DNA from: Armatimonadota bacterium
Lineage (GTDB): Bacteria > Armatimonadota > UBA10988
Length of the DNA stretch: 10,277 nucleotides
Direction of reading: 5' to 3'
NCBI GenBank assembly: GCA_016235455.1
Contig: JACRKZ010000109.1
Location: forward strand, 1 to 10,277
Part shown: positions 7,905 to 10,277 of the stretch, piece after piece
Layout: each line of letters opens with the position of its first letter
Numbering within the stretch: the stretch's first letter is position 1
The notes under the pieces: generated by a model
What the model saw: the letters and a program-made list of their open reading frames with translations, nothing else
What the model was told of the DNA's origin: nothing
The model's database searches: none
Translations under genes and position numbers: made by a program

Positions 7905-7913
7905 AGTATACAC
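7905..7913 (-). promoter_or_regulatory. Probable -10 element (GTG-TATACT) of an internal promoter for the ATPase-TOPRIM cassette
   Basis: TATACT (5/6 match to TATAAT) lies on the - strand at 7905-7910, about 15 nt upstream of the SD, in a GC-rich context. There is no consensus -35. Confidence 0.45.
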
Positions 7914-7970
7914 TGCGCGCAGAGCGCTTGGCGCCGACGGCCGCATTGCCGGCCGGTCATGTCACGGCCG

Positions 7971-10277
7971 CTACCACCCCACCTCGCCCTTGCCCACATC
8001 GGCCGTCACGGTGACCGCTCCGAACCTCGCGCCCAGCCCGGCGCCCGGCACCCACGTCACCGGCGCCGCCGCCGTTGCCTTCGCGTCGGCGCCCGGCAGC
8101 AGCACCACGGCCACCTCGCTGATCACCTGGCCCGGCTCGAAGGCGCCCGGCTTGACGCGGTGGTTGGCGATCAGCGTCTCCTCCAGCCGCGCGCCCTGCC
8201 AACGGTTGTTGTCCTGGTAGACCAGGCCGGCGCGGCTGCTGACCACGCCCAATCGGCCGTCCAGGCACGCCCACGCCCCCGGCAGGTCGAGTGTGCGGGC
8301 CGGGTCGGCGCTGACGCCGACGATGTCAACCTGGCCGCCCGCGTGCTCCAGCCGACGATGGTTCGGCCGCGCGTTGGGCATCGGCTCGTTGAGGATGGGC
8401 ACCAGGCCGGTGTCGACGCTGTCCACGGTGACCGCCTTCCGCGCGGTCAGGCGCTCCAGGTAGATGACCGGCGCGTCGGGCAGCGAGACGAAGGCGATCT
8501 CCTGGCGTACCGTGCCGCCGCAGCGGTCGATCTGTGCCGTCACGGCCAACGCGTCGCCCTTGACCTGCACCGCGTGCGCCTTGGTCACGGGCCGGTCGTC
8601 GGGCTGGCCAGCCACGGCGATGCGGCCGACCAGGCCGCGCTCGGAGGGTGAGGTGAACCAGGTGTCGTCGTCGCCCGCGGGCCAGACCAGGCCCATGGCG
8701 CCGTTGGCCCAGGAGAACGAGGCCGTCTTGCCGGCCAGCCGCTGGACGGCGAACCCGCCCGGCTCGGAGACGAACACACCACGCTGCTGAGCCTGCCAGG
8801 CGGCCGCCGTGGCGGGCGGCGGGCCGTCGCCGGCCAGGCGGTGCAGCAGGTAGAGCTCGGCGTAGCGGGCGGCCATCTCCTCCTCGGCGTTGGGATAGGC
8901 AACCTCCTCGCGAGCCCACAGCCGTCCGTCGTCGAAGCGGGCGTGCATCTTGGCCGTGGCGGCGAGCGCCGAGCGCGCCACGAACGCGGCGCCGGCATCG
9001 TTGCGCACTACCGCATGCATGCCGGCCACGCTAAGCGGCGAGTCGTGGCGGTGTGGCCACCAGTCCTGGCCGTTGATGTAGTAGGCCGAGCCGTTGGGCG
9101 ACCACAGTCGCTGGAGCACGCTGTAGCACTCGGGCACGTTGAAGAACGTACTCTCGGGGATCGGTCGGCCGACGGGCAGGTAGACCAGCGCGTTCCATTC
9201 CATCAGCCCGATGCAGCCCAGATAATCGGGGTGGACGCGGCCGTGGTTCTCCAGCGTGAAGTCGGGCCAGATGCAGGCCGCGGTGATGCGGTCGCGCGCC
9301 GGCTTGCCGTCGATGACCCGCGCCAGCGTGCGGTCGGCCTCGCGCGGGAAGGAGTTGATCAGGTAGACAATGGCTCGTTCCTGCCGCTGCGCCGCGTGCG
9401 GATGGTCGGGGAACATGCAGGTGGCCAGGGCGGGCGCCAGCGCATTCCAGGCGTTCTCCTCGGCCTTGGTATCGAAGCGGATACCGCTGTCCGGCGGCCG
9501 CGGGATGAAGCGGTCGGCCTCCTGCACCACCATGCGCGCCACGGCAGCCTGCAGGTCGGGGTCGAGCTTGTCCCACATCAGCCAGGCCGCATGACCCGCG
9601 TAGCGCATCCATAGCGCCGACTGCCAGTGGTTGCCCCAAGGCTTGCCGTCACCCGTGGGCCAGCCGTTGGCCACGTGGGTGTAGGACAGATAGCGCAGCA
9701 GCGCCTTGGCCTCGCCTTCGACGGTGCTCAGCGGCACACCGGCCAGCTGCGCATCGTAGCGGCCGGGCTCGAGCAGCAACGTGGCGTAGCACAGTGCCGT
9801 GGTGGCGTTCTGGCGGACGGCGTGCTCCTGGCTGTTGTCGCTCTTGTGGAAGCGCAGCCCCGGCTCGCCGGCGAAGTCGCGCATGCCCGGCTGGTGGTAC
9901 CGCACGTAGCGAGACAGACGGCGGTGGTATTCCTCGGCCAGCGGCGTGGTCGCGCCGAGATGGCCGTAGGTGGCCGCCTTCAGCTCCCCGCCGAGCCGAC
10001 TGCGGTCGGCGGTCAGCGCGTCGATCCGGGCCTGACGGGCCGCGGCGCGCTCGGCGCGGTCCGCGGCGTCGATGGCGGCCAGCTCGGCGTCGCTCAGGTC
10101 GCGCGGCTCGATGGTCAGGTCGTCGTACCAGCCGGTGCTCGCGTCCCACGGGCTGCCGAGCATGATGCTGTCGAGCCGGCGCAGACGCTCGTTGACCATC
10201 ACCTGCTCGCCGTCGATGCTCAGCGCCGTGCGCCGGCCGTCGAGCAGGAAGCTGATGCGGTGCCAGCCCAGCGTGCG
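7971..10277 (-). CDS. Large hypothetical protein, 5'-truncated; predicted beta-sandwich end + alpha-helical toroid + C-terminal beta domain (polysaccharide-lyase-like architecture)
   Basis: The frame stays open to the window edge (RTLGWHRISFLLDGRRTALSIDGEQV-MVNE...), so it starts outside the window. GWHRISF...IDG...WYDDLTI resembles the end of a ConA/LamG-like domain. The helical core has WGNHWQSALW, DTKAEENAWN and DFTLENHGRVHPDY. The C-terminal third is beta-rich. Stop TAG is at 7971-7973. Confidence 0.7.
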   Translation of the reverse strand, partial: RTLGWHRISFLLDGRRTALSIDGEQVMVNERLRRLDSIMLGSPWDASTGWYDDLTIEPRDLSDAELAAIDAADRAERAAARQARIDALTADRSRLGGELKAATYGHLGATTPLAEEYHRRLSRYVRYHQPGMRDFAGEPGLRFHKSDNSQEHAVRQNATTALCYATLLLEPGRYDAQLAGVPLSTVEGEAKALLRYLSYTHVANGWPTGDGKPWGNHWQSALWMRYAGHAAWLMWDKLDPDLQAAVARMVVQEADRFIPRPPDSGIRFDTKAEENAWNALAPALATCMFPDHPHAAQRQERAIVYLINSFPREADRTLARVIDGKPARDRITAACIWPDFTLENHGRVHPDYLGCIGLMEWNALVYLPVGRPIPESTFFNVPECYSVLQRLWSPNGSAYYINGQDWWPHRHDSPLSVAGMHAVVRNDAGAAFVARSALAATAKMHARFDDGRLWAREEVAYPNAEEEMAARYAELYLLHRLAGDGPPPATAAAWQAQQRGVFVSEPGGFAVQRLAGKTASFSWANGAMGLVWPAGDDDTWFTSPSERGLVGRIAVAGQPDDRPVTKAHAVQVKGDALAVTAQIDRCGGTVRQEIAFVSLPDAPVIYLERLTARKAVTVDSVDTGLVPILNEPMPNARPNHRRLEHAGGQVDIVGVSADPARTLDLPGAWACLDGRLGVVSSRAGLVYQDNNRWQGARLEETLIANHRVKPGAFEPGQVISEVAVVLLPGADAKATAAAPVTWVPGAGLGARFGAVTVTADVGKGEVGW

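Noticed and set aside
7878-7946. 23-aa N-terminal extension of the ATPase in the ORF track
   Set aside because: It spans the AGGAGG SD and the -10-like element. GTG 7877 places Walker A at the usual distance from the N-terminus.
7938-7970. Three CGGCCG palindromes just downstream of the lyase-like gene stop
   Set aside because: These are 6-bp all-GC words with irregular spacing and no U-tract. They are expected by chance at this GC content and are insufficient to call a terminator or repeat.
7662-9639. Overlapping ORFs of 329, 257, 202 and 197 aa within the lyase-like gene
   Set aside because: They are alternative-frame or antisense ORFs with Arg/Pro/Gly-biased composition typical of non-coding frames in GC-rich DNA.
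1-10277. CRISPR array, tRNA/rRNA, transposase/integrase, retron RT
   Set aside because: By eye I found no regularly spaced direct repeats, no RNA-gene signatures and no DDE, recombinase or RT motifs. The intergenic gaps are all under 100 nt.

Overview
High-GC bacterial window (spot-counted 60-nt lines in the flanking genes are about 75% GC) with seven supportable CDSs. On the + strand are the 3' part of a large beta-rich protein with an NPCBM/galactose-binding-like module (<1..1555) and a RimJ/RimL-type GNAT acetyltransferase. A perfect 23-bp inverted repeat sits in the convergent gap after the GNAT. On the - strand, in transcription order, are a 5'-truncated large putative polysaccharide-lyase-like protein, a lower-GC translationally coupled pair (ABC-type AAA_21-like ATPase plus a TOPRIM-like DUF4276/RloB-type protein), a secreted tandem-CBM clan GH-A glycoside hydrolase, and a Gfo/Idh/MocA oxidoreductase. 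The most notable item is the ATPase + TOPRIM cassette. It looks like a horizontally acquired PARIS/AbiL-like anti-phage or toxin-antitoxin module inserted into a glycan-degradation locus. All family assignments come from reading motifs by eye, not from database searches.
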